Shown here: piece after piece, positions 55,384 through 64,000 of the stretch | Numbering within the stretch: the first letter of the stretch is position 1 | Layout of the letters: every line of letters starts with the position of its first letter | Source of the DNA: a virus | Virus record (IMG/VR): IMGVR_UViG_3300012995_000005 | Location: 7,655 to 71,654 of that record | Strand: one strand, 5' to 3' | Length of the DNA: 64,000 bases | Position numbers and translations under genes: made by a program | Notes under the pieces: model-generated | What the model was told of the DNA's origin: nothing | The model's database searches: none | What the model saw: the letters and a program-made list of their open reading frames with translations, nothing else

Positions 55384-56724
55384 TTACTTCTTACCTTTGC
55401 GATGTTTTTTGCTTCGGCCAATAGCCGGCGCATCAGCCCTGCCTTTAGATTGGCCTGACAGCCCCACCAGCCGGGTGATCGTTTCTTCGATTGTGCGCGA
55501 AGCCTCTGGCATCATTGGCTTCTCAATCTCGATAGAACCGTGTTCGGACTCCCAGGCAGCCTTATAGACGTATGGGATTGCCCGGAGTTTGCGCGCTGTC
55601 GCCTCGCCCACCCCTTTCAACTTCTCTAGATCGCTGGTAAATGCGTTTCCGAGATGCGCCAGTGTGCATATTTCTAGATCGGCCAGCTTCACCAGGTCAG
55701 CCGGCTTCAATTCAGGCACGTCAGCAAGTTTCAATCGGTCAGCAAATTCGAAGAATGAAGCTAAGTGCGGATTTGTCACTGCTACCAGTTCGTGATGTGC
55801 TCGTGTCAGCTCGTCATAAAGCTCTTGAGGGATCTCATTCTTGAAAATTGCAAGGTTTTGGTACTGGACAATGCCCCACTCACTTATGCGTGCGACTAAA
55901 TCAACCCCATAGGTGCTACGAAGGTTTATGTGGAAATTTAGGTTGTTAACGAATGCCGGCTGGTCAGCGTCACGAGGAGCGTTCGGGTATTGCAGCGGGT
56001 ACATGAAGAAATGCATATAGAACTTCAGGCTCGGATTCGTTGCGCTTTGCCAGAACCGATCGCCACAAAAGCCATTTATAATGTCCCGTTCACGGCGTGA
56101 GTAGTCGCGAAAATGTAGTAGCGAAATATGATCCAGCTGCATTTTGTTGTACGACAGAGAGGTTTTGTCATGGGCTATCATTTCCTGGCCCACACGCTTC
56201 CGCAGCTGCGTTACTTTTGCGCGGGATTCGCTTAGCTCAGTCTCAGTGGCCTTTAACTTTACGGTAAGACGTCTCAAACCTTCGGCATGGTCTGCTTTCA
56301 TGGCTTCAAGGCGCTGAGTTAGCCGATCCACCTCCTGCTCTAGAGTTTTCTTTTCTTCAGCAGTAATGCCGGCGGATTTACCCAATTCAGCACGCAGCGT
56401 GTTCAGCTCATCTGCCTTGATTGACAGCTGAAGGCGCAGGGTTGTAATTGCGTCATCACGAGATTCAACGGCATCGACTAACTCGTTGTAACCGTCAGCT
56501 TCATTGGATGCGAATAAGGTGATATTGCGAGCAAGATCCTCTAAATCCGCCTCCATGCGCTCCATGCCAGCCCTAAAGACGGAGTTCCCTGCCACTCGGC
56601 TACAGAATGTCGCCTCCGAAGCCAGCATGTTTATCTGTGCGGTCAACACCGCAGCATCTGGTACAAAGTCTGTTTTTAGTTCAGCCAATAATAATGCGTC
56701 GGTCATTAGATCTCTTGCTCCCAC
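55384..56724 (-). CDS. PmgS-like coiled-coil protein
   Basis: ARISEW...LAIFKNEIP and AWESEHGSIEI resemble recalled P1 PmgS; HhH-like LKGVGEATARKL. Confidence 0.6.
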   Translation of the reverse strand: MGARDLMTDALLLAELKTDFVPDAAVLTAQINMLASEATFCSRVAGNSVFRAGMERMEADLEDLARNITLFASNEADGYNELVDAVESRDDAITTLRLQLSIKADELNTLRAELGKSAGITAEEKKTLEQEVDRLTQRLEAMKADHAEGLRRLTVKLKATETELSESRAKVTQLRKRVGQEMIAHDKTSLSYNKMQLDHISLLHFRDYSRRERDIINGFCGDRFWQSATNPSLKFYMHFFMYPLQYPNAPRDADQPAFVNNLNFHINLRSTYGVDLVARISEWGIVQYQNLAIFKNEIPQELYDELTRAHHELVAVTNPHLASFFEFADRLKLADVPELKPADLVKLADLEICTLAHLGNAFTSDLEKLKGVGEATARKLRAIPYVYKAAWESEHGSIEIEKPMMPEASRTIEETITRLVGLSGQSKGRADAPAIGRSKKHRKGKK

Positions 56725-56918
56725 TGCTTCTCAGTCATTTTTCCGCGATACATCACTTGCACAAGGTTTGCCCCTGGCTCCAGCCCTAGTTGATTCTTCA
56801 ATACTTCAATTCGGCGGTGCCCAAGACGTCTGCTAGTGAAGCGCACATCAATCCGTTCCCGTTTCTGGTCAGTTCGCTCAAACACAAGGCCAAACCAGTG
56901 ATACCTACGCTTAAACAT
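56706..56918 (-). CDS. PmgR-like small protein
   Basis: 70 aa upstream of pmgS-like; YRGKMT C-terminus. Confidence 0.5.
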   Translation of the reverse strand: MFKRRYHWFGLVFERTDQKRERIDVRFTSRRLGHRRIEVLKNQLGLEPGANLVQVMYRGKMTEKQWEQEI

Positions 56919-56936
56919 TCAAACACCGTTAGTTTA

Positions 56937-57013
56937 CGTAAATCTAATTCAATATTTGATATACTACAAAACACCGGATCGATTTGCATTAAATTTATTA
57001 GTTTTACGAAACA
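56937..57013. promoter_or_regulatory. Two C1-type operators upstream of pmgR-pmgS
   Basis: CGTAAATCTAAT at 56937; inverted TGTTTCGTAAAACTAAT at 56997-57013. Confidence 0.65.
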
Positions 57014-57274
57014 ACGATTGTGTAGATTCGGGGCGGGTTGTTAAGACTCTGGCGGCGGGCGAAGGTTAGCAGTTGACCAGATACCAACCTTATCTATTGA
57101 TTTTACCTGATTTTAAATGCACAAAAACTTGAGAGTGCAAATGCAACGATAGCATTTAATGCCACAGCAAAAGTGTCAGACGATAGCCCAAACATGTGAA
57201 GAGGCAGCATGTTAACTGTGAAAAATCCGGCGAAAACCCCTGTAGCCACTATTCGGCGCCGGGTAAAGAAATCC

Positions 57275-57586
57275 TTAATCAAGAAGCCTCCGGATCGGAT
57301 CGACCATAATTTTTTTATCCATCGCGTATGCGTAGTTGTATTCCGCCACAGATACCGGAGATCGCTCGAAATCGCGAGGGAACCGTACTACTGAGCTAGC
57401 CACCAGCATTGCCAGGCGCATCATAGAAACTGCTTCAATCGGCTGGTGAATCATAATTGCTGGAGGTTCGATATGATCATACCCTTGCTCTTCAAACGTT
57501 GCTTTCACGTTACAAAGCCTTGCTCTCAATAGGCCGGCATCAACGTCATGCGGCGTCGACAGATATACCCTCTTCAAATCCTCCAT
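57275..57586 (-). CDS. Hypothetical protein
   Basis: Overlaps the VRR-NUC stop. Confidence 0.55.
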   Translation of the reverse strand: MEDLKRVYLSTPHDVDAGLLRARLCNVKATFEEQGYDHIEPPAIMIHQPIEAVSMMRLAMLVASSVVRFPRDFERSPVSVAEYNYAYAMDKKIMVDPIRRLLD

Positions 57587-58158
57587 GCTTCATCACGCTC
57601 CCGTAAAGGCAATGAGGCGCCGGGTTCGAGGTGCCAATATGACATGATCACCTCTATAGCTTCATTATGCCCGACACACAGAGCACAGTAATAGCCTTCC
57701 TTGGTCAGCCTATTCAACCAATCCTTTTGCTCCAGTGAAGCGCTGTTCTTCCCATGCTTCAACTCAACACGTAAACCATGATACATCCCACGTGGCGCAT
57801 CTAGAGACATATCCGGGTATCCCTTTTTTTGGCCTTCCGCCTTCAATTTCCCCGCAGTAGCTTTACTTCTTTGACCGCCATTTGGAGTCGAATGCAGCAG
57901 CTGGTAGATCCCCTGGTGGTGAACCTCAAAATAGTGAAAGACCCGCACTTGTTCAAAATGCTCTTGCTGTCCTTTCAAGAGGTCAGGGTTTTTATCGAGA
58001 AGAGATAGCGCGATAGCATGCGCAGACCTCTTCACAGCCGCTTTGACTGCCTCTCCCAGCACGTTGGTTTTGCTTTTAATTGATGCAGTTTGGCTGCGCA
58101 TGCGACTACCCATCTTTTTCTGCCTGTCTGCCAGCCATTCTTCACTGAACCTAAGCAT
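57574..58158 (-). CDS. VRR-NUC nuclease
   Basis: HSTPNGG, KAEGQKKGYPD, RVELK, SLEQKDW. Confidence 0.9.
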   Translation of the reverse strand: MLRFSEEWLADRQKKMGSRMRSQTASIKSKTNVLGEAVKAAVKRSAHAIALSLLDKNPDLLKGQQEHFEQVRVFHYFEVHHQGIYQLLHSTPNGGQRSKATAGKLKAEGQKKGYPDMSLDAPRGMYHGLRVELKHGKNSASLEQKDWLNRLTKEGYYCALCVGHNEAIEVIMSYWHLEPGASLPLRERDEAWRI

Positions 58159-58315
58159 TTTTCCCCCTGCGTGACCGGCGAATGGTCTTTGCCTGGTTCA
58201 ACCGTTCCATTGGATCAAAGCTGGATATTTCCTCTTCCTGCGGTGCTTTTAATTTCCTAGGGTTAGCCTGCCGATAGGTGCTACTTGCCTCTATCTTCCG
58301 TTCTGCTCTAGCCAT
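58151..58315 (-). CDS. Unlisted 54-aa basic ORF MARAERKIEASSTYRQ...
   Basis: Manual translation; overlaps the VRR-NUC start. Confidence 0.45.
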   Translation of the reverse strand: MARAERKIEASSTYRQANPRKLKAPQEEEISSFDPMERLNQAKTIRRSRRGKNA

Positions 58316-58371
58316 TCACGTACCTACTAATTTTATCTTTATTGTTAGATAGTTAACCAACGCTCAGACCG

Positions 58372-58689
58372 CTAGTCTTGGTGTCTTCTTATGCTCGTAT
58401 CCAGTGCCAGACCTGTTTCCTTCAAAATCTCTGAATTCACCCTATCCACGTTTTCGCGCAACCATAAATCTGCTTCCATCTGCCCTCGAAACGTATCCGG
58501 TGCACCAGGGATCTTTTTCCCAGGTGGAACCATGTAGCGATCGGGCCGGTTTCTATCTACTGGGAAATAGGCTACCTCGTAATGCGGGGCAGCTGTTGCT
58601 CTCCACCCGCCACTTGGATAGTAACCAGGGGTAACTCGGGTAACATAAAACAGCCCTGCACTTCGTCTAAACTCCATTCTTTCCACCAA
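58372..58689 (-). CDS. Hypothetical protein
   Basis: First ORF after an operator. Confidence 0.55.
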   Translation of the reverse strand: MVERMEFRRSAGLFYVTRVTPGYYPSGGWRATAAPHYEVAYFPVDRNRPDRYMVPPGKKIPGAPDTFRGQMEADLWLRENVDRVNSEILKETGLALDTSIRRHQD

Positions 58690-58728
58690 AAAAGCGTAAA
58701 ACTAATTAGATATTAGATTAACACTTTT
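58690..58728. promoter_or_regulatory. Bivalent C1-type operator
   Basis: CGTAAAACTAAT-tagat-ATTAGATTAACA (58695-58723). Confidence 0.75.
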
Positions 58729-58735
58729 TAAAGCA

Positions 58736-58760
58736 AAAAAAAGGCACCAGAAGGCACCTT
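58736..58760 (-). terminator. Terminator of the par operon
   Basis: AAGGUGCC-uucu-GGUGCCUU (two G-U pairs) followed by a U-run. Confidence 0.55.
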
Positions 58761-58802
58761 TATGATTTCACACGTATGAATTATGAGTTATGAATTATGA
58801 AA
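58761..58802 (+). repeat. Centromere-like heptad array downstream of par
   Basis: TATGATT TCACACG TATGAAT TATGAGT TATGAAT TATGAAA. Confidence 0.85.
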
Positions 58803-59097
58803 CTTCTTGCAAATACTTCTCAACAGCTTCGCGCATTATTGCGCTTACGCTTTTCGGGTTTTTGCCCGCTCTTTTATTTGCCAGGGCTAAATCCTCAACC
58901 TTACGCTGCAACGACATGGGCAATGAGATTGCTGTACGCGTCATTTGCTCCGGCTGTACTGATGCAGGTTCCGTGTCAGCGCCATGTTGCCCATATGGCC
59001 TATCTGCCAGCCTTGCAGCAAGGGCTTCTACATCTGCATCTGTTGGCGCTGGTCGGCGCTCCTGCTTCAGACGATCGCTAGGTTTTTTTACGGCCAT
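58795..59097 (-). CDS. ParG/omega-like RHH centromere-binding protein
   Basis: Flexible N-terminus, C-terminal RTAISLP...SVSAIMREAVEKYL; TAATG coupling to parA. Confidence 0.8.
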   Translation of the reverse strand: MAVKKPSDRLKQERRPAPTDADVEALAARLADRPYGQHGADTEPASVQPEQMTRTAISLPMSLQRKVEDLALANKRAGKNPKSVSAIMREAVEKYLQEVS

Positions 59098-59732
59098 TAG
59101 AATACCTCGTCTATCAAAGACCAAATCTCAACTTTTGCCTTCTCATTGTCTGTCTCCAATACCGATTTACCTTCCGACATTACATCACGATAAACCTTTC
59201 TGAAGCAGCTTTTCGCATTGAGGGGCTGGAGCTGGTCAAATTCGGCGACGTACTCTAGGAACTCGCTACGCTCATTGCCGGCAAGAACGGGATTTGTTGA
59301 AGCAATGCTTTGATAGCAATAGGCTTTTAAATCAGGATTCAGGTCACGAACTTGGATCAACTGTTCTTGCAGCTCTAACATGGTATCCAGGTCAAGCTGC
59401 GAGCACTGATGTGGGGCAATTAACTGGTGAGCAACCGTGCAGGCAGTGATCAACTCACGACTATTACGGCCGGCCACATCAACAATTACGTGCTGATATT
59501 TCTCATCCAGACTACGTAAAGTGGCAGCCAGGTTACCAGTCTTTTGGATCAGAGTGATGTATGGCGTAAGGCTTGCAGTTTCCCGCTCCGCGTTCCAGCG
59601 TGACGCCGATAACTGCGGATCGCCATCCACCAGCACCACCTCCTCCCCTCGTAACGCTAAACCAACGGCAAGATTAACCGCTGTGGTTGTTTTTGAGCAC
59701 CCACCCTTATTTGCGCCGACGACAGTGATCAT
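59097..59732 (-). CDS. parA: Type Ib ParA ATPase
   Basis: KGGCSKTT deviant Walker A, DGDPQ, VIVDVAG; 211 aa with no N-terminal HTH. Confidence 0.93.
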   Translation of the reverse strand: MITVVGANKGGCSKTTTAVNLAVGLALRGEEVVLVDGDPQLSASRWNAERETASLTPYITLIQKTGNLAATLRSLDEKYQHVIVDVAGRNSRELITACTVAHQLIAPHQCSQLDLDTMLELQEQLIQVRDLNPDLKAYCYQSIASTNPVLAGNERSEFLEYVAEFDQLQPLNAKSCFRKVYRDVMSEGKSVLETDNEKAKVEIWSLIDEVF

Positions 59733-59765
59733 ACTAATCCTCGATATGACTTAGTAAATTATAGG

Positions 59766-59903
59766 TATGAGTTATTACTTATGATTTCATACGTATGAGA
59801 TATGAACACCCCGTAAAACTCGGATTGATTGATTATTACCCTCACCTAAAAAAATGTAAAGTATTAAATTTTAAATATGATTTATGAAGTATGAATTATT
59901 ACC
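59766..59903 (+). repeat. Two heptad arrays flanking the par promoter
   Basis: 59766-59807 TATGAGT TATTACT TATGATT TCATACG TATGAGA TATGAAC; 59876-59903 TATGATT TATGAAG TATGAAT TATTACC. Confidence 0.85.
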
Positions 59904-59952
59904 AGGGTAAAAAAGGGCGCAGCGCGCCCCCTCAATCATCACTTACTTAGGC

Positions 59953-60306
59953 TCACTCACGCTTGAGATCACAACCGACCATTGCTCGATAGAACCCCGG
60001 CCCCGTCGGTATCTTGTTCTTCGCCTTGTAGCGCTTACTAGCCAAACGTTGCTCAGCAGATGGCTCCACCGGCACAAGGCGCCACTGCCCATCGGTTGTA
60101 AACCCATTCCCATCCAGCAGGATTTGATTGTCGTTTTTAGGGGCCGGCACTGCTGGCGGGGTGGTGTAGAGCTTCGTGCCATCTGGCAGTGCTTTGTCAA
60201 TTGTCGATGTATCGTTACCGGCTCGGCTGGAAAGTACCTCTGCCACTGGCTGCGCCTCCTGGCTAATCCGCCCCTTCCAGCCTTCCCACATCGCAGCGGC
60301 AATCAT
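59953..60306 (-). CDS. Hypothetical phage protein (Eaa/Ead-like modules)
   Basis: QPVAEV...GTKLYTTPP and WRLVPVEP...YRAMV patterns. Confidence 0.6.
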   Translation of the reverse strand: MIAAAMWEGWKGRISQEAQPVAEVLSSRAGNDTSTIDKALPDGTKLYTTPPAVPAPKNDNQILLDGNGFTTDGQWRLVPVEPSAEQRLASKRYKAKNKIPTGPGFYRAMVGCDLKRE

Positions 60307-60377
60307 CCTTCTTCTCGTCGAAGAACCAGTTTACGAACTCCATGCTCATCTCGTTTTGCTCAGCAAACTGCTGGCGC

Positions 60378-60725
60378 TCAGTCGTTTGTGTCATTTCCCT
60401 TCCAATCGCTCAGGTTTTTCAGTTCTAAATATGTATCGGCAAACGCAGCAGCTGTGCGCATTCCCGCCCGCACATCATCAGATAGCGAGTTTTCGCTATC
60501 GTTGGCACGCGCGAGCATTTCTGCTGAAAATGCCTTAAGAGCATGCATCTCAATGCTGCCAACGGTTCGACGGTTCCATGCCACCGCAGCTTCGCTTTCA
60601 CTGCCAAAATGCTGTCGACCGCTGAACATCTGGGCACCACATCGGCAGCTGACGTGTATTGCAGAGCCGGAGTAACTCGAATCGACCACCCGAGCGGCTC
60701 CCCCGCAAAACGGGCATGAATTCAA
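60378..60725 (-). CDS. Lar-family restriction-alleviation-like protein
   Basis: SCPFCGG...CRCG...AAVAWNRR. Confidence 0.7.
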   Translation of the reverse strand: MNSCPFCGGAARVVDSSYSGSAIHVSCRCGAQMFSGRQHFGSESEAAVAWNRRTVGSIEMHALKAFSAEMLARANDSENSLSDDVRAGMRTAAAFADTYLELKNLSDWKGNDTND

Positions 60726-60730
60726 TTAGT

Positions 60731-61072
60731 TTAGTGTCCATTCAACTCCCTCAAGGCCAAAATGCACGCGTCCCATATAACCTGCGGATCAGCGCCTATA
60801 TCTACGAAACCTTCACATTCGTTGTAGATAACATCGTAAACGGATTTAGGCACTTTCGCAGGTATCTGCGATATGCGTATTTTAATATCCGACTGACCGC
60901 ACTCTTTGGGGTCTGACCTTAAAGTCCACCGCCCAGTGGTATCGTACCAACGGCGTGTAACGCGCCCTTTGCCATCAACACCGGCCCGCAGAGTAGCTTG
61001 CCGGCCTTCGACGCCGATAACGAGGTAAACAGTACCGCGCGGGGATTCCCACACTTCACCTACTTGGAACAC
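60731..61072 (-). CDS. Hypothetical phage protein
   Basis: 113 aa ORF, GTG start. Confidence 0.55.
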   Translation of the reverse strand: MFQVGEVWESPRGTVYLVIGVEGRQATLRAGVDGKGRVTRRWYDTTGRWTLRSDPKECGQSDIKIRISQIPAKVPKSVYDVIYNECEGFVDIGADPQVIWDACILALRELNGH

Positions 61073-61165
61073 TTCACCCCGGTTACCGCCAATTTACTTA
61101 ACTCGGCCATTTTGATTTTTCCCATGATATCTCACTAAAAACCCCGGCAAGCCGGGGTGGAATGG

Positions 61166-61345
61166 TCAACGAATTGCAAAAACGTATACAGCATTAAGGA
61201 CTGTCATTACGCCGATGGTGCCGAGAGCCATGCCAGTGATCTGAAGCAGAATTGGAACGGTAGTTGAAGAGGGTTTAGCCGCTGTGCGGCGCGCTGGATG
61301 GGAGTTAACAAAGTCCACCAGCGTAGACACTTGATTCTTAGACAT
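61166..61345 (-). CDS. Small membrane protein
   Basis: 59 aa from MSKNQV with a C-terminal TM segment. Confidence 0.5.
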   Translation of the reverse strand: MSKNQVSTLVDFVNSHPARRTAAKPSSTTVPILLQITGMALGTIGVMTVLNAVYVFAIR

Positions 61346-61409
61346 GATAATATTCTCGTTGTTAGGTAACACGGGGTTGGAAATTTTCGCCGATTGACAA
61401 CCCCTCATT

Positions 61410-61437
61410 AAAACCCGCTTTTTGCGGGTTTTTTTGT
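61410..61437. terminator. Hairpin AAAACCCGC-N5-GCGGGTTTT
   Basis: Perfect 9-bp stem flanked by A/T runs. Confidence 0.7.
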
Positions 61438-61474
61438 GACTGTTTTCTGGCACAAGGCAACTATACTATTTTTT

Positions 61475-61491
61475 GTTAGTTTAACGCAACA
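61475..61491 (-). promoter_or_regulatory. C1-type operator TGTTGCGTTAAACTAAC overlapping a TTGCGT-18-TATAGT promoter
   Basis: 15/17 match to the 41114/50886 17-mer. Confidence 0.65.
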
Positions 61492-61564
61492 AAAATCATG
61501 TTTTTGCAATCATAAATATCAGTAAAATTATTTATGGCATTGTTTAAATGAAAAAAAAGAGAGC

Positions 61565-61837
61565 CTAAGCCCTCCTTCCTTTCCCGTAGTGGGCATGCTC
61601 TATATGCTGAATATTATCGGGCAGCGCTCTATTCCAGCCCTCCCGTGAGTAATGCCGCACTCCTTTAGCGGGTTCCCCCGTACTCAAATCCGATACAGTG
61701 CCCCAGCAATCAGGATCGGCTTTGTTTGTGAGTCGCATCATTCGACTCATCTGGCGGTGATCGATTGTAAGCTCGTACCCCATGTTTTCGGCCATCGATA
61801 CAAGTTCTAACCATGTGTACCATCGCCTTTCTCTCAC
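61565..61837 (-). CDS. lxc: Lxc (Bof)-like C1 co-repressor
   Basis: WGTVSDLST...GVR...W...DN resembles P1 Lxc; darB-ulx-lxc order. Confidence 0.65.
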   Translation of the reverse strand: MRERRWYTWLELVSMAENMGYELTIDHRQMSRMMRLTNKADPDCWGTVSDLSTGEPAKGVRHYSREGWNRALPDNIQHIEHAHYGKGRRA

Positions 61838-61849
61838 GTAAGCCCTCCT

Positions 61850-62293
61850 CTAAATGCTAAATGCGACAAGCTTTTCCATCTGGTCATCATCACAATAATA
61901 AATATATGGTTCCGTATCATTCGCATCTGCGTGCACTGCAAGCTCATGCTGTGCTGCATAGATCAGCCCAAGCTCGATTCTATTCGCACTATACAAGTGC
62001 GCTGCGACTACGGTAAGACCAGGACGTGAGAGGCCGTAAATAGCTTCTACATCCTGCGCCACCTGCTCCCCGAACATGTCCGGCCCAACCTCATTGATCA
62101 GCAGCGTTTTAATCGCCGGCCACCAAGGCCCGAATGCCCGATACAGGGCCGGAGTTGCACCCAGACGCGACGCAAGCCCTGTTAGGTATGCCGAGGTATA
62201 CTCAAGCTCGCTACGGCCGCTGAGGGCATGCTCATTCATTATTTCTTCGATGTAGCTTTCTGATGGCTGCATAGTGTCGATCAATGTTGTCAT
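61850..62293 (-). CDS. ulx: Ulx-like antirestriction accessory protein
   Basis: MTTLIDT.QP..SY, LYRAFGPWWPAIKTLL, RPGLTVVAAHLYS. Confidence 0.8.
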   Translation of the reverse strand: MTTLIDTMQPSESYIEEIMNEHALSGRSELEYTSAYLTGLASRLGATPALYRAFGPWWPAIKTLLINEVGPDMFGEQVAQDVEAIYGLSRPGLTVVAAHLYSANRIELGLIYAAQHELAVHADANDTEPYIYYCDDDQMEKLVAFSI

Positions 62294-62334
62294 TTTCTGT
62301 TTGATACGCCCCCCGGCGGGGGCGGCTCCAGTAG

Positions 62335-63999
62335 TTAGCGATATTCAGCAATCACAGCCATAACGTCATTTAGTTCATATGTGGCAGGGATAATCCACCA
62401 GCTACCCATGAACTCCATTCCGGCTTTTTTACCATTCAGATATTTAGCGCCAAAGTCAGCCTTTAGTTTATCTTTGGCCTGGTACAGCGCCCCCCCAATC
62501 CCATCTGAGTCCTGAAGGCCATACGCGCTATCTGGAGGGAAGTTGAAACGATTAGCCCCTTTCCCGCCGGCTAACGGCTGGGTGTTCTTGCGCACAGTGA
62601 TATTGTCCATCCTGCTGGAAGCTGCCGCTAGAGCCTCTGAAGCCTTTTCACGTTCCGCCTTCTCGGCAGCCACACGGTCAGCCTCCATTTTCGCTTCGTC
62701 TTCTGTGATCAGGCCAGCGCGTAACTTGAGGCCAGCCAAGAACTCAGCATTGTCGCTGTTAGCGGCTCCAAACGCTGAATCAATCTTACTCGTGGTGTCT
62801 CTGATCATCACACTGTCATAAAACGCGGCTTCGGTGATACTCGCCTTGTCGATCAGGCCCATAATGACAGCGTGGGCATAAAACTCATCCAAGTTGTAGG
62901 CTTCGTAGTTGATGGTTCCGAGGCTGGATGATTTATACATAGGGGATAGCAAGAGTGCCGTAGGTCTAAACTCGGATGCCTTCTCAAAAACGACACTGAC
63001 CGGCAGTGACAGATTATCACCGTATCTCAACCATGTTTCGTGAGCGACACGTTTCGCCTGCTGAACTACGTTGTCGTGGTGCTCTGAAATTTTTTGCTTA
63101 ATCACAGCAGAAAGCTCATGCTGGAAGTCCGCGGTGTTACGGTACTCACTAGGGATGTAAGTGGCGTTGAATGGCGGAATTACATTGTGTATATACGGTA
63201 TGGCATCGTATTTCCCAGTCAGTAGATATTCGCTGTACTGAGAGAGCCGGCTACCGTCAAATCGTCTATTTTTAGAATCGACTTTTTCGAGCGCGCGCGT
63301 GACATATGCGGCTACAACCTCATTAATCCTCGCTGGGCTTGCAACCTCTCCGTATTTTTGAACTTCACTGCGCCACTCTCTGCCAAATAGCCCAATGAGG
63401 AACGGTTCGATACTTCGCACATTTCGATCCGAGCGACACCACTTAGCCATTGCGGTCTTGAGTGTGTCATCCTGAGTATCCGGGTAAACAACTCTGGATG
63501 CATTTTGGCTTAGCCATTGCTTACCATCGCTCATAATTACCGGGTTAGGGCTATAAGAGCGCGTCACGCGAAGATCGTAGGTATCTAGTTGTCCCTCATC
63601 ATTACGGTAAACCACACTAGAATCACTTAGTACCAACCACCCCTTAGCAAGGTACTGGACAAAATCGCCCTTCGTCATCTGTTCTTCAACCGAGTGCGTG
63701 TAGCGCCCTGGCGCAGCCCAAGCACGCAGCGTTACCTCGGCTTCGGGTACGTCACTGTCTTCCCCCAGTTCTGCCAGCACAACGGTCTTGCCGACCTCCA
63801 ACGAGCCTCCACTGTTATCTTCAAAGAAAATAACATCGGCGATGCCGGTTCCGGTGTCGATATCAATTGCTCTAAGGCGAATATAGCTACGGCCACCAGG
63901 CTTTAAACGATAGATACCGCCGCGCTTAATCATCCGCCCTGACGCCATCTGAACGTAGCGATCACCATGTGTCAGAATATCGGCATCAACGTTAAGCAA
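62335..63999 (-). CDS. darB: C-terminal part of a DarB-like antirestriction protein (5' end outside the window)
   Basis: Long ORF running off the edge, directly upstream of ulx-lxc as darB is in P1; assignment mainly by synteny. Confidence 0.6.
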   Translation of the reverse strand: MLNVDADILTHGDRYVQMASGRMIKRGGIYRLKPGGRSYIRLRAIDIDTGTGIADVIFFEDNSGGSLEVGKTVVLAELGEDSDVPEAEVTLRAWAAPGRYTHSVEEQMTKGDFVQYLAKGWLVLSDSSVVYRNDEGQLDTYDLRVTRSYSPNPVIMSDGKQWLSQNASRVVYPDTQDDTLKTAMAKWCRSDRNVRSIEPFLIGLFGREWRSEVQKYGEVASPARINEVVAAYVTRALEKVDSKNRRFDGSRLSQYSEYLLTGKYDAIPYIHNVIPPFNATYIPSEYRNTADFQHELSAVIKQKISEHHDNVVQQAKRVAHETWLRYGDNLSLPVSVVFEKASEFRPTALLLSPMYKSSSLGTINYEAYNLDEFYAHAVIMGLIDKASITEAAFYDSVMIRDTTSKIDSAFGAANSDNAEFLAGLKLRAGLITEDEAKMEADRVAAEKAEREKASEALAAASSRMDNITVRKNTQPLAGGKGANRFNFPPDSAYGLQDSDGIGGALYQAKDKLKADFGAKYLNGKKAGMEFMGSWWIIPATYELNDVMAVIAEYR

Positions 64000-64000
64000 G

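Larger units (their letters stand above)
1..64000. mobile_element. P1/D6-like phage-plasmid (partial genome)
   Basis: Co-occurrence of P1-like structural genes, iteron replicon, Cre-like recombinase with lox-like site, pacAB and dar antirestriction genes in largely P1-like synteny. Confidence 0.95.

Noticed and set aside
57010-57200. tRNA gene in the GC-rich intergenic stretch (P1 carries tRNAs)
   Set aside because: No T-loop GTTCRA or acceptor stem visible; tRNAscan-SE would be decisive

Overview
The window is about 64 kb of a P1/D6-like phage-plasmid (a temperate myophage kept as a low-copy plasmid) of an Enterobacterales host. It starts inside darA and ends inside a probable darB. It contains: lysis genes (lydAB, spanins); tail, baseplate, sheath and capsid genes; an iteron replicon (DnaA box, GATC heptamers, 5 origin iterons, repA, 6 downstream iterons); a Cre/Dre-type recombinase with a rox-like site; a C1-like repressor; pacAB with a TGATCA-rich pac site; lpa; two partition systems (ParA + RHH protein, and ParM/ParR); umuDC with a LexA box; Dam and C5 methylases; two type II TA pairs; and an RNase-A-like polymorphic toxin/CdiI pair directly downstream of the baseplate spike gene. 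I found no rRNA, tRNA, CRISPR array, IS element or Cin invertase by eye. Best leads: (1) an in-frame Ig domain on the major capsid protein, preceded by an A_AAA_AAG -1 slippery site that would remove it; (2) the toxin-immunity cassette behind the spike gene; (3) a variant rox/lox site with its recombinase; (4) a 7-bp TATGA(A/T/G)N heptad array found around parA and at two remote loci; (5) a 17-bp C1-type operator regulon; (6) a terminator-containing leader RNA in front of the mat-tail operon. P1 gene names come from recalled protein similarity and synteny, not from database searches.
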